Assembly: GCF_004010195.1 (NCBI RefSeq)
Contig: NC_057718.1
Coordinates: 21,915,066 to 21,979,065, forward strand
DNA length: 64,000 bases
Source: Chiloscyllium plagiosum
Lineage: Eukaryota
Direction of reading: 5' to 3'
The notes beneath the pieces are model-generated. The model ran no database searches. It saw nothing but the letters and a program-made list of their open reading frames with translations, and was not told the origin of the DNA. The translations under genes were made by a program, and so were the position numbers. The first letter of the stretch is position 1, and the number at the start of each line of letters is the position of its first letter. Shown piece after piece: positions 11,890-23,322 of this stretch.

Positions 11890-14800
11890 ATAAGACCATA
11901 AGACCATAAGACATAGGAGTGGAAGTAAAGCCATTCGGCCCATCGAGTCCACTCCGCCATTCAATCATGGTTGATGCGCATTTCAGCTCCACTTACCAGC
12001 GTTCTCCCCGTAGCCCTTAATTCCTCTAGACAACAAGAATCTATCAATCTCGGCCTTGAAGACATTTAGCGTCCCGGCTTCCACTGCACTCCGTGGCAAT
12101 GAATTCCACAGGCCCACCACTCTCTGGCTGAAGAAATGCCTCCGCATTTCTGTTCTGAAATGACCCCCTCTAATTCTAAAGCTGTGTCCACGGGTCCTAG
12201 TCTCCTCATCTAACGGAAACAATTTCCTAGCATCCACCTTTGCCAAGCCATGTATTATTTTGTACGTCTCTATTAAGTCTCCCCTTAATCTTCTAAACTC
12301 CAACAAATACAATCCCAGTATCCTCAGCCGTTCCTCATATGTTAGACCTGTCATTCCAGGGATCATCCGTCTGAATCTCCGCTGGACACGTTCCAGTGCC
12401 AGTATGTCCTTCCTGAGGTGTGGGGACCAAAACTGGACACAGTACTCCAAATGGGGCCTAACCAGAGCTTTATAAAGTCTTAGTAGTACATCTCTGCTGT
12501 TATATTCCAACCCTCTTGAGATAAGAGACAACACTGCATTCGCTTTCTTAATCACGGACTCAACCTGCATGTTTACCTTTAGAGAATCCTCGACTAGCAC
12601 TCCCAGATCCCTTTGCGCTTTGGCTTTATTAATTTTCTCACCATTTAGAAAGTAGTCTATGCTTTTATTATTTTTGCCAAAGTGCAAGACCTCGCACCTG
12701 CTCACGTTAAATTCCATCAGCNNNNNNNNNNNNNNNNNNNNNNNNNNNNNNNNNNNNNNNNNNNNNNNNNNNNNNNNNNNNNNNNNNNNNNNNNNNNNNN
12801 NNNNNNNNNNNNNNNNNNNNNNNNNNNNNNNNNNNNNNNNNNNNNNNNNNNNNNNNNNNNNNNNNNNNNNNNNNNNNNNNNNNNNNNNNNNNNNNNNNNN
12901 NNNNNNNNNNNNNNNNNNNNNNNNNNNNNNNNNNNNNNNNNNNNNNNNNNNNNNNNNNNNNNNNNNNNNNNNNNNNNNNNTTTGTATCATCGGCAAACTT
13001 CGCTAGAATTCCCCCGGTTCCCTCATCCAAATCATTCATATATAATGCGAACAGCTGTGGCCCCAGCACCGAACCCTGCGGGACACCGCTCGTCACCGGC
13101 TGCCATTCTGAAAGAGTACCTTTTATCCCAACTCTCTGCCTTCTGTTAGACAGCCAATCCTCAATCCATCCCAGCAGCTCACTTCGAACACCATGGGCCC
13201 TCACCTTGCTCAACAGCCTCTCGTGTGGCACCTTATCAAAGGCCTTTTGAAAGTCTAGATAGGCCACATCCACTGGGTTTCCCTGGTCTAACCTATTTGT
13301 TACCTCTTCAAAAAATTCCAACAGGTTTGTCAGGCATGACCTCCCTTTACTAAATTCATGTTGACTTGTTCTAATCAGACTCTGCTCTTCCAAGAATTTA
13401 GAAACCTCATCCTTAATGATAGATTCTAGTATTTTACAAGCAACCGAGGTTAAGCTGATTGGCCTATAATTTTCCATCTTTTGCCTTGATCCTTTCTTGA
13501 ACAAGGGGGTTACAACAGCCATCTTCCAATCATCCGGGACCTTTCCTGACTCCAGTGACTCTTGAAAGATCTCAACCAATGCCTCTGCTATTTCCTCAGC
13601 CCCCTCTCTCAGAACTCTAGGGTGTATCCCATCGGGGCCAGGAGATTTATCAATTTTAAGACTTTTTAATTTTTCTAGCACTATCTCTTTCGTAATGGCA
13701 ACCATACTCAACTCAGCCCCGTGACACCCTTTAATTTTTGGGATATTACTCATGTCTTCCACTGTGAGTACTGACGCAAAGTACTTGTTAAGTTCTCCTG
13801 CTATTTCCTTATCTCCCATCACTAGGCTTCCTGCATCAGTTTGAAGTGGCCCAGTGTCTACTTTTGCCTGTCGTTTGTTTCTTATGTACTGAAAGAAACT
13901 TTTACTATTATTTCTAATATTACTGGCTAGCCTGCCTTCATATTTGATCCTCTCCTTTCTTATTACACTCTTTGTTATCCTCTGTTTGCTTTTGTATCCT
14001 TCCCAATCTTCTGATTTCCCACTGTTCTTAGCCACTTTATAGGATCTCTCTTTTTCTTTAATACATTTCCTGACTTCCTTTGTCAGCCAAGGTTGTCTAA
14101 TCCCTCCCCGGTTAATCTTTCTTTTCTTGGGAATTAACCTCTGTACAGTGTCCTCAATTATACCTATAAACTCCTGCCATTTTTGCTCTACTGTCTTCCC
14201 GGTTAGCCTCTGCTTCCAGTCTATTTTAGTCAGTTCCTCTCTCATGCCCTCATAATTACCTTTATTCAACTGTAACACCATTACATCCGATTTTGCGTTC
14301 TCCCTTTCATACTCCAGATTGAACTCTATCATATTATGGTCGCTACTTCCTAAGGGTACTTTATGATCTTTTATAGAGTCTGGTTCATTGCAAAGCACTA
14401 GGTCCAGAATAGCCTGCTTTCTTGTGGGCTCCATGACAAGCTGTTCCAAAAATCCATCCTGTAAGCATTCCATGAATTCCCTTTCTTTAGGTCCACTAAC
14501 AACATTATTTACCCAGTCCACCTTCATATTGAAGTCTCCCATGATCAATGTAACCTTGCCTTTCTGACATGCCTTCTCTATTTCCCGGTACATGTTGCGT
14601 CCCTGGTTCTGACCACTGTTAGGAGGTCTATACACAACTCCAATTATTTTTTTTTGCCTTTGTGGTTCTTCAATTCCACCCACACAGACTCCACATCATC
14701 CGACGCTATGTCATTCAATACCATAGATTTAATTTTGTTCTTAACTAACAAGGCAACCCCACCCCCTCTGCCCACTTTTCTGTCTTTTCGATAAGTTGAA

Positions 14801-14968
14801 AAACCATGGAGGTTTAACTGCCAGTCCTGACCCCCCTGTAACCAAGTCTCTGTGATGCCTACTACATCATAATCATTCACTATTATCTGTGCCATTAGTT
14901 CATCGGCTTTGTTATGAATGCTACGAGCATTCAGATAAAGTGCCTTAATGCTAACTTCCTTATCATTA
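11890..14968 (-). mobile_element. Young CR1 LINE, near-complete ORF2 (APE endonuclease + RT) with 3' UTR and (TGGTCTTA)n tail; ORF1 absent
   Basis: [91 protein letters not shown]; one frameshift at about 14650; gap 12722-12980. Confidence 0.96.
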
Positions 14969-15026
14969 AATATCCTCTTCATCATAGAAGTGATTCTTTT
15001 TCTAATCATAATGCTACTCCAACCCT

Positions 15027-15390
15027 TAAACCTCCCGTAAATCTTATAACTTGGTATGTTTAATTTCTGACTCTGTAATGACTACTATCATAGTTTCCAG
15101 TTTGAATCTGATTTAATATAAACCTCTCATCATTAAATGAGTGGTGAACTAATAATTGTTCAGTCTTTTACAAAACAAAGTGACAACACTCTGTTAAAGC
15201 AGCAGCATCTCTCTAAACCTCCCGTAAACCTTATAACATGGTATGTTTAATCCCTGTCTCTGTAATGGCTACTATCATAGTTTCCAGTTTGAATCTGAGT
15301 TAACATAAACCTCTCATTATTAAATGAGTGTTGGACTAATAATTATTTACAGTCTTTTACAAAACAAAAAAAGTGACAAAAAGCAGCATA
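15027..15390 (+). repeat. Tandem duplication, two units of about 187 bp
   Basis: taaacctcccgtaaa...cagtcttttacaaaacaaa...aagcagcat starts at 15027 and again at 15214. Confidence 0.92.
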
Positions 15391-15560
15391 TGCCTGCTCA
15401 ACAGCACCCATGTGCATCTAATACATAATGAAAAATAACTAAATAAGAATTGATGTTTGACTTTATAAATCATTTCAAATTATAAAAATTACAACTGTAT
15501 TGTGTTACATGATGGGACATTGGGCAACAATAATGAAAACAGTTTTCATACTGTTTGTTA

Positions 15561-15769
15561 CAGTAGAACCTCGATTATCCGAACATCTGAATTTTGGATT
15601 ATCCAAACAAGATCTCAAGGTCTCGTAAAAACGGCATTAGGCAATTCAGGATTCAGTTATCAGTTAAACAGCATTATGGCATGCATTTTCCGATAATCGG
15701 CACTCAAATTACTACTATCAGATCAGTTATCCGAACAAAATATTCGTTCGGATAATCAAGGTTGTACTG
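15561..15769. mobile_element. Tc1/mariner (pogo/Tigger-like) MITE
   Basis: TA|cagtagaacctcgattatccgaac...gttcggataatcaaggttgtactg|TA; 24-bp TIR with 2 mismatches. Confidence 0.88.
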
Positions 15770-16159
15770 TACTTAATTTATTGTTTTTGGAGGTGTGAAA
15801 GTGAATTAGGCTTAATGTTAAAATTTTAAAGACATTAAAATTTTAAGACATTCTTGCAAAATATCAACAGCTCCATATCTAATTCTAAATTATATTTTAA
15901 TATCAAGGAAAATACCTTTCTGAAATATCCTTGTAGAGCTACAGAATGATAAATATCAAATGTCCTTTCAGTATATGAGTTCAAGACCCATCAACATAGG
16001 GTCCTGATACTGGGGTTGAGATTTAATCTTGTTGCAACTCTGTGTTAAATTTTAACTTAAGTCCATTGTTTAATTTGTACCATGTCTAAACCCAAAGTAC
16101 TAGCAAAGATGTAAATCCTGAAAAGAAGCAGCTGTATTATAAATGTAAATATCTTCCAG

Positions 16160-16328
16160 GTTCGCTATTAATCTCTGTGTGAGTGATTCCACCGACATTC
16201 CACTGCACCTGGCACCTCGGTTCAAAGAAAAAGCTTTCGTTCGAAACTCTTTTCTCTATCAAAGCTGGGGTGAAGAGGAGAGGAAGATAGACGACTGTTT
16301 TCCATTTAACCCAGAGGCATACTTTGAG
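16160..16328 (+). CDS. LGALS8: Galectin-8 exon, C-CRD core
   Basis: ttccag|G TTC...GAG|gtact; FAINLCVSDSTDIPLHLAPRFKEKAFVRNSFLYQSWGEEERKIDDCFPFNPEAYFE. Confidence 0.96.
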
Positions 16329-16529
16329 GTACTTTGTAGAGTCCAGAAATAAATTGGAGACATTTCTGAAGATCTTCATATCAGCAGTACTCAACCTTAT
16401 TATTTTTCTATTAGTTGTTTCAAATAACATGTATAAATTGATTTTATAACAAAGGTGTAAATAACAATTGTTTATATAGAAGCTTGGGTTGGGGGGGTGG
16501 TGGTGGCGGCGGCAGCATGGAGAGGAAAG

Positions 16530-16832
16530 GAATGGTGATCGTCCAGTGGCGTTGTGTCACTAAACTATTAGATCCAGGACCAAGATAAAGCTCAATTCCT
16601 ACTGTGAGAGATGGTAGAATTGAAGAAATCTGATGACTGTACAACCATGTTGATTGTCAGAAAATCCAGCTGGTTCACTGATATCCTTTAGAGGAGGAAA
16701 CTGCTGTCCTTACCTGGCCTGGCCTCGCTTATGTATGACTCCAGACCCACTCCAATCTGGCTGACTCTTAACTAGCCTTTGGGCAATTAGGATAGGCAAT
16801 AAATGCTGCCCAGTCCTATGAAGGAATAAATT
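16530..16832 (+). mobile_element. Old SINE with L2/CR1-type tail
   Basis: Homologous to the reverse of 52445-52750; tail gggcaattagggataggcaataaatgctg. Confidence 0.65.
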
Positions 16833-17272
16833 AAATTTAAAGATCCTTGTCTTTTTAGACAACAGTATTCACATAATTGCTTAATTTAAAGCCAACCTAG
16901 ATCCATGGTGAGTGACATTTGCCATGTCAATTTATGTGATGGCCAAATTATCTTTGGATTTTCTCATAAATGCGCTCATTTATGGGAAAACACAATGGAA
17001 TGAGATACTGAAGATCATTATGGTTAGTGTGCTAGAAGGCTGTACTGATGTAATGTCCTATTATTTCAAAGTGGTAGTGGTGACATTAATGTACTTGGGA
17101 AAATTAAATGATGCTCAGAGGGTTTGTGTCTCAACTTTATAGAAGACATTCAGTAGATTTTTGTAAACCTGAAGACAAAGTTGCTTTGCTTTATAGTGGT
17201 GCAGAAAAGGAGTTGAATGGGTTTGCTGTTTGGTTAACGAATTTGTGCACTCTTTTTGTGATTGTGTTCCAG

Positions 17273-17422
17273 ATTATCATTTATTGTAGTTCTGACTGTT
17301 TCAAGATTGCTGTGAATGGAGAGCATTTATTGGAATATAAACACCGGTTTACTGATTTGAGCAAAATTGACATGTTGGAAGTAGATGGAAATATCCAGCT
17401 GTTTGAAGTACAGACTTGGTAG
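17273..17422 (+). CDS. LGALS8: Galectin-8 last coding exon
   Basis: ttccag|ATT...[55 protein letters not shown]. Confidence 0.97.
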   Translation: MIIYCSSDCFKIAVNGEHLLEYKHRFTDLSKIDMLEVDGNIQLFEVQTW

Positions 17423-18643
17423 GTGGAGAGAAGCTGCTGACCAAAATTCACACTCATGCCAGGATAATAACTGGGTGCGTAACCTATCGAATTCTGTTTC
17501 TAATTATAGAGAATACGTGATCAAATCAAGAAGAAAATAATTTCTTCGGGATTGTTGCATGATGTTTGAAGATCTGGATTTTGTTTTGGAATTGCTTTGT
17601 TGAATTCATTTAAATCTCAGTACTCAAAGAAAAGAATTTTGAGGGTAGCATCAATTCTATAGAACCACCTCCAACCTCTCCCACATCACGACTTAAATAA
17701 TTTTGAATGCTAAATGGTTTCAAGTGCATAGATAATTTTACTTTGGAGTTCAAATGGTGTTTAAATATGTATTTTTTAAAGGCTGCAATGTGTTAAAATA
17801 GTTTGCTAATGTCCTAAATCCTATCCTGCAAAACAAAGTCAGACTGTTAATTAAACTGAGCACTTCTTTTCTAACTTTACTCAGCATCAAAGGCTGTGCA
17901 ATGTTGGCTTTAGCCTATAAGTCTGAGTATTCTATCTGACTAATGTGCAAACATGAATAGTCAATTAAAACTATGGTATTCCACAAATGTTGTAGATGGA
18001 AGTATTATTCATAAAAAGCTAATACGTTTTGGTTTTCTCAGGCTGTTTTAACAACCTGTTTCACAAATTATTGTAGAGTTCTGTGCAGTGTTACAAAATC
18101 ATTTGGTTCATTTGGCTAGCCTGCACAACCTGGACACAAAAGACAATATGAAATTTAATTTGCATTTTTGATCTTGAGGGGCAGAAAATCCACCCCATTA
18201 TTTGAATTAGGAGTTAGACTGATGATCTTTACCCGGCAGCAAGAATGTTGTCATTTGGTTGCTGTTATTGTTGCACATGGATTTCTATGATGTATTCTGT
18301 TTCTTTATGGGCTAATGAACAATACACTTGGTAACTAAATGGGAAACTTCTCACTGCAAACAAAATTGACATTCTAATCCAGTGCCAGGTGTATTGCATT
18401 GTCTCTGTCGCTTGTGTTTACATATGATAAACATATACATGTTAATTTTCCCTGAAGTTTATTTTTTGGGGGCAGTGTGTCAATGCAGACATTTAGAAAA
18501 AGTCCATTTATGCATTGGCTATTTAATTACTGTAAATTAACATATTTGCTTTTGTACTATACTAATGTACATAATTTATATGAAGACAAAACCCTGCAAG
18601 TTTTGCGTACAACACTTACTTAAAATCTGTACTGTATTAAAAA

Positions 18644-18649
18644 AATAAA
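18644..18649 (+). terminator. Candidate LGALS8 polyadenylation signal
   Basis: AATAAA about 1.2 kb after the stop codon, followed by a GT/T-rich tract (gtatattttgtagtttagtt). Confidence 0.5.
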
Positions 18650-19248
18650 GTTCATATTTTCAACACACTGAAGTATATTTTGTAGTTTAGTTATAATGCC
18701 ACTTTTTTTCTTTAGATTCTAGATTAAGCAGTTGAAATGGATTCAGGTTGGAGCTTCTGATGTGAACACTATCTGCATTTAATAGACCATTTTCATAGAA
18801 TACTGAACGGAGGCTATTTGGCCCAGTTTGGGCTCCTATAATCTATCCCATTATACTTACTGTCCTTTCTCTTTTTCTATAGACATACAGCTATTTATCT
18901 AATTTCATTCTAAAAATTACTGAATCTGCTTTCATCCCAGGTCTTTGTAGAAAATGTTCGTTTATATCTCAATCATCTTTTTGGAATTCTATTTGGTTCT
19001 TTAGGGAAGGAAATTGGCATTCTTAATGATTTGACTTACACAAAGTCCAGAATAACAGTAATGTGGTTGATTCACAGGGAATTAGGGATGGACAACAATG
19101 CAGCAAAACCCATATCCCATGGAAAAAAACTTGATTGTGAGCCCCCACTTACATTCTCAATGTTGAACAATAAAGATAGTACTATTCTTGAGAGCACATG
19201 GACATAAATACAAGACAGATTACCTTGTACAGCTATAAATAAAACATG

Positions 19249-19546
19249 TGGGCAGCATGGTGGCACAGTGGTTAGCGCCAGAGACCCGGGTTCAATTCCC
19301 GCCTCAGGCGACTGACTGTGTGGAGTTTGCACATTCTCCCCATGTCTGCGTGGGTTTCCTCCGGGTGCTCCGGTTTCCTCCCACAGTCACAAAGATGTGC
19401 AGGTCAGGTGAATTGGCCATGCTAAATTGCCCGTAGTTATAGGTGAAGGGTAAGTGTAGGGGTATGGGTGGGTTGCGCTTCGGCGGGTCGGTGTGGACTT
19501 GTTGGGCCGAAGGGCCTGTTTCCAAACTGTAAGTAATTTAATCTAA
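19249..19546 (+). mobile_element. tRNA-derived SINE (HE1/V-SINE-like), young
   Basis: A box tggcacagtgg, B box ggttcaattcc, core gtggagtttgcacattctcc...ggtttcctccgggtgctccggtttcctcccaca, CR1-like tail gggccgaagggcctgtttcc, (taatc) end. Confidence 0.9.
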
Positions 19547-19930
19547 TGGTAATCATTGTGTTTATTGTTTAATAATATTTTAAAGTTCTGAAGACAGTTC
19601 TTGTCTTCTCATCAGCCAGTCTGTCATGAACTCGGACTCAGTGTGGCATCAAACCACATGATAAAAGAATAACAACAGCAGCAATTTCTCTTTAGCGTAA
19701 ACATCAGTTACTTCCCTTTTGAATCTTCATGATCCTCAGCCATCACCACCCAGCCAGCAGACTCCAAGCACAGATCGCATGAACCCTTTTTCACACTACA
19801 TTTGAAGAGTTCCAAACTATAACCTTTTGACAATTTTCATCACCATTTAAAGCAATGCATTCCAGAGTATCAATTGCTGCATTATATATTTTAAAAAGTC
19901 CCAATTTGCTTCTTGTTCACTTTAATTACC

Positions 19931-20275
19931 TTGGTGACATGATAGCTCAGTGCTTTGCACTACCATCTGTCTGTGCCAGACACCCAGGTTCAACTCCAGC
20001 CTTGGGTGACTGTGCCGAGTTTGCACATTCTCAATGTCTGCATCAGTTTCTGGCAGGCGCTCCAGTTTCCTCCCACCATCCAAAGATGTGTAAGTTAAGT
20101 GGATTGGCCAAATTATCCGTAGTGTCCAGGGATATGCAGGCTAGGTGGATTAGCCATGGTAAATGCAGGTTTACAGGGATAGGGTAAGGATTTGGGTCCG
20201 GGTGGGATGCTCTTTGGAGGGTCAGTGCAGACTCAATGGGCCAAATGGCCTTTTTCCACACTAAGGGATTCTATG
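19931..20275 (+). mobile_element. tRNA-derived SINE (HE1-like), older copy
   Basis: tagctcagtg / ggttcaactcc boxes with the same core and tail as 19249. Confidence 0.85.
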
Positions 20276-20884
20276 TCTTCTGGTTATTTACTCTTACCCA
20301 CTGGAAACATTTATTTCCTTATTTTCTTTACTGAAACCATTTGAGATTTTGAACAGTTATTAAATTTCTGATTTCAGCTCTAGTTCCCTCATGTGATTAA
20401 AATGTTTATGACCATAAGATGCAGGAGCAGTATAGCTGATCTGATAATCCTCGTTGTGACAATCATGTTTAACTTTGAGATGTTATTCAAAACAGTGACC
20501 CTTGGCCTTTTAATTAGCAACTAATTTAAATACTCCAAGGTGCAACAACAATGTGACATGGTTCAAAAATTTCAAATATAGCAGCAACTAAAATCTTTTG
20601 GGAAGAGACTGTCTGACTTTCCCTATCCTCTAAGGTGTGTGTTACAACTTCACTACTAAATGGCTAGTTTTAATTTGGAACAACATTCATAAACCAGTTG
20701 ATTTTTTTATAAAGAAAATAACAATCTGATGTGTTAGCAAATTGCTAGATTTATTGAATATAATTTCACTAAATGCCCATACAGTGAATTTGCAACAGTT
20801 TCTGATCCTAAGTCTAATTAGGTTGTTGCTCCCATTTGAATGATAAGGTGGTTAAAATAAAAATCAACACTCTTTTTCAACCTG

Positions 20885-20890
20885 TTTATT
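20885..20890 (-). terminator. Candidate HEATR1 polyadenylation signal
   Basis: tttatt on + (AATAAA on -) about 270 nt past the HEATR1 stop; another candidate lies near 20750. Confidence 0.35.
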
Positions 20891-21161
20891 AAAATTTGTT
20901 GGGTGATAATAATGATTGTTGAAAGTTAACAGCAATATGGAGGCTGCTGGAAATTCTTCATCCAACCTGAGCCAAGTCTGGTGAATTATCACAAATGTTG
21001 ATATTTCACATACAATATAAAATTCTGTATCTTAAGCATTACTACTTCAATAGAAGTGATTTAAATAGCTATGCAGATTACAGAAATGTAGTACTGTATG
21101 AACCCCTATTGTACAAATAAAATATTTATATTTATAAAACCTTTGTACATCTTCAATGTTT

Positions 21162-21250
21162 TCAGAAATAGCTTTGCAGTGGTTCCCCAAGTATGATTTC
21201 AAGCTGCTGGATAACCTTCTGACAATGGTGCTCCACTTCTTCACATTCAT
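21162..21250 (-). CDS. HEATR1: HEATR1 last coding exon
   Basis: ttgcag|AT GAA...TTC TGA; (D)ECEEVEHHCQKVIQQLEIILGEPLQSYF*. Confidence 0.96.
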
Positions 21251-21539
21251 CTGCAACACAAAGAACGCAATCCAGAATGAAGAGGTCCTACTGCTATAAC
21301 GTTAAATCAAAGCTTGGAGGAGAGACATCGGTCACTAAAGGGCTGCATCCCCTTGATATTCCAAAATCTTAAATATCTAAGCACTTGACTTTACTCGGAA
21401 GTTCAATATCACATGATTCGATCCTCAGGTCCAAGCTATTGAAGATCTAAAGTAATAATTTTGGATGCCTTGATTTTGCAGGTAACATTAAAATAAATAG
21501 GAAAATAAGTTGCAATGAAAAAGTATGGAATTTTCATGG

Positions 21540-22340
21540 CTGATCTGACATGTCCAGTGTTTTCCCTAGAAGACTTGATTCCCCCGATCAAGAATCTATC
21601 TCAGCCTTAAATATGCACAATGACTCTGGCTCCATAGCTCTGTGACAAGGTGTCCCAAAGACATTCAATCCTCAGAGAAATAAAAATTTCTCATGTCTGT
21701 CTTAGCTTGGCACCTCTTTATTCCAAGACCTAGCATCTCCCATGAGGGGAAACATCCTCTCCGCATTTCCTCTGAAGAGTTATATTTGTTTCAATGAGAC
21801 CATCTCTTATTCTTAACTCCAGTGAATAGAGTCCTAACCTGTTTAGCCTTTGCTCATCGGATAATCCCTCCTATACCACGGATCACCCTAGTCAACCTTT
21901 TCTGACCTGCTGCCAATGAAATATTTTTCTTTAAGTAAGGGAACCAAAATTGCTCACGGTGTTCCAGATGTAGTCTCACCAAAACTTTATACAGTTGCAG
22001 TAAGACTTTCCTACTCTTATACTTCAACCCGCTTGAAATAACGGCCAACATTCCATCAGCCTTCCTGATTACTTGTGCACCTCGGTGCTAGCTTTGTGTT
22101 TTGTGCACAAGCACCTCCATGTCTCCTTGTGTGGCAATTTGCTGTAGTTTTTCTCTAAATAGTACTCTATTCTTTTGTTCACCCTTCCAAAATGAGCACC
22201 CTCACACTTTCTCATATTATGTTCCATTTGCCAATTTTTTGCTCCCTTACTGAACCTATCTCTTTGTAAACCAATTGTAACTCTCTCTCTCAGCTTGTTT
22301 TTCCACCTATTTTTGTGTCATCTGCAAACTACAGTACGTT
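21540..22340 (-). mobile_element. CR1 LINE 3' fragment, decayed
   Basis: GLKYKSRKVLLQLYKVLVRLHLEHREQFWFPYLKK; ends at FADDT (gtgtcatctgcaaact). Confidence 0.85.
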
Positions 22341-23083
22341 TGCCTCCTGTAGTTTCTGTAGATGCAACTGCACTAGAGGCAGTTCGGAGGAGGTTTACTT
22401 GATGTATTCTAGAGAGGAGGGGTTTCTGTTATGAAGCAAGATTGAGCAAGTTAGGCCTACACGTTGAAACTGAATTACATTTTACCTTCAGTGACCAATT
22501 GAGGTTTTCCGAGGTCTCTAAAGACATGTAATAGCTGTTCAAAGCCCAATGACGTGGTAATTTTATTTTGATGAAACTCCTCAACACAAACATACATCTG
22601 GTATTCCAAAACACACACATGCTCATATTTTGCACCAGCATGTGTTACCTGGAGATTTGATTTTACCACTAAAGATGAGTGAACAAACAAACGAGGATGT
22701 TAAATTCTTAGGTAATTGCACAAAAGGTACAACTGACAGCTCACTTTATCGTCTGCCAGTTTTCCTCTTCTGCAAACATCAATAGATAGTATGAAATAGA
22801 TTGTTGATTCACCAATATTCAATTTTGTGCTGTTGCACTTACCTCTTCTCTTGAAAGGAGCATAATTAATGGAGCACAACTAATTGTCCCACCATTTTGG
22901 CAAAATGTGTAGGAGCTGTCAACATTTGTTTCGACTTGGGCAAAGATACAACCTGTCTATCCTTTCCAGTACAGTACAGTATACGTACAACTGTTAGAAA
23001 CATCAATAATTCTTACACAAAAGCTTTAAACGCACTTTTAATATGTAGTAAAAAATAGATTTTAGTCCAATCGAATAACATAC

Positions 23084-23192
23084 CTTCCAGTAGCTCTGCC
23101 AAGAATGGGATTGTTTCCGGCAGTAACAACATGTAGTTCTCCTTCAGTTTACCAGCCAATTCCAGCAGCATAATCAGAGCAGAAAATCTCAC
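23084..23192 (-). CDS. HEATR1: HEATR1 exon
   Basis: VRFSALIMLLELAGKLKENYMLLLPETIPFLAELLE; cag/gtatg boundaries. Confidence 0.96.
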
Positions 23193-23322
23193 CTGCAGAT
23201 TACATCAATATATTTTAGCTCATCATGTTGGAAAAAAATACATCCACCATAATTCAAACTAATCAAATCCAATATTAATGACCTAGCCCTTTCTTATATG
23301 GGGGATTTTTGGAGTTGGAGGA

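Larger units (their letters stand above)
2853..17422 (+). other. LGALS8: Galectin-8 gene, 3' part (7 coding exons visible; first coding exons lie upstream of the window)
   Basis: Seven AG/GT-bounded exons (211,120,57,27,89,169,150 nt) splice in frame to a tandem-repeat galectin with N-CRD, linker and C-CRD ending EVQTW*. Adjacent convergent HEATR1 matches known vertebrate synteny. Confidence 0.96.

Noticed and set aside
12659..13149. Long ORFs containing X runs (also 28432-28766)
   Set aside because: Created by N gaps.
11890..14968. Prokaryotic retron, group II intron or DGR reverse transcriptase
   Set aside because: APE endonuclease, FADD motif and microsatellite tail identify a vertebrate CR1 LINE.
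16444..16644. Polyproline ORF
   Set aside because: Comes from a short (GGT/GGC) low-complexity run next to an old SINE.
19249..19330. tRNA gene (also 28016 and 41870-41940)
   Set aside because: A/B boxes are SINE heads followed by SINE core and LINE-like tail; no full cloverleaf.
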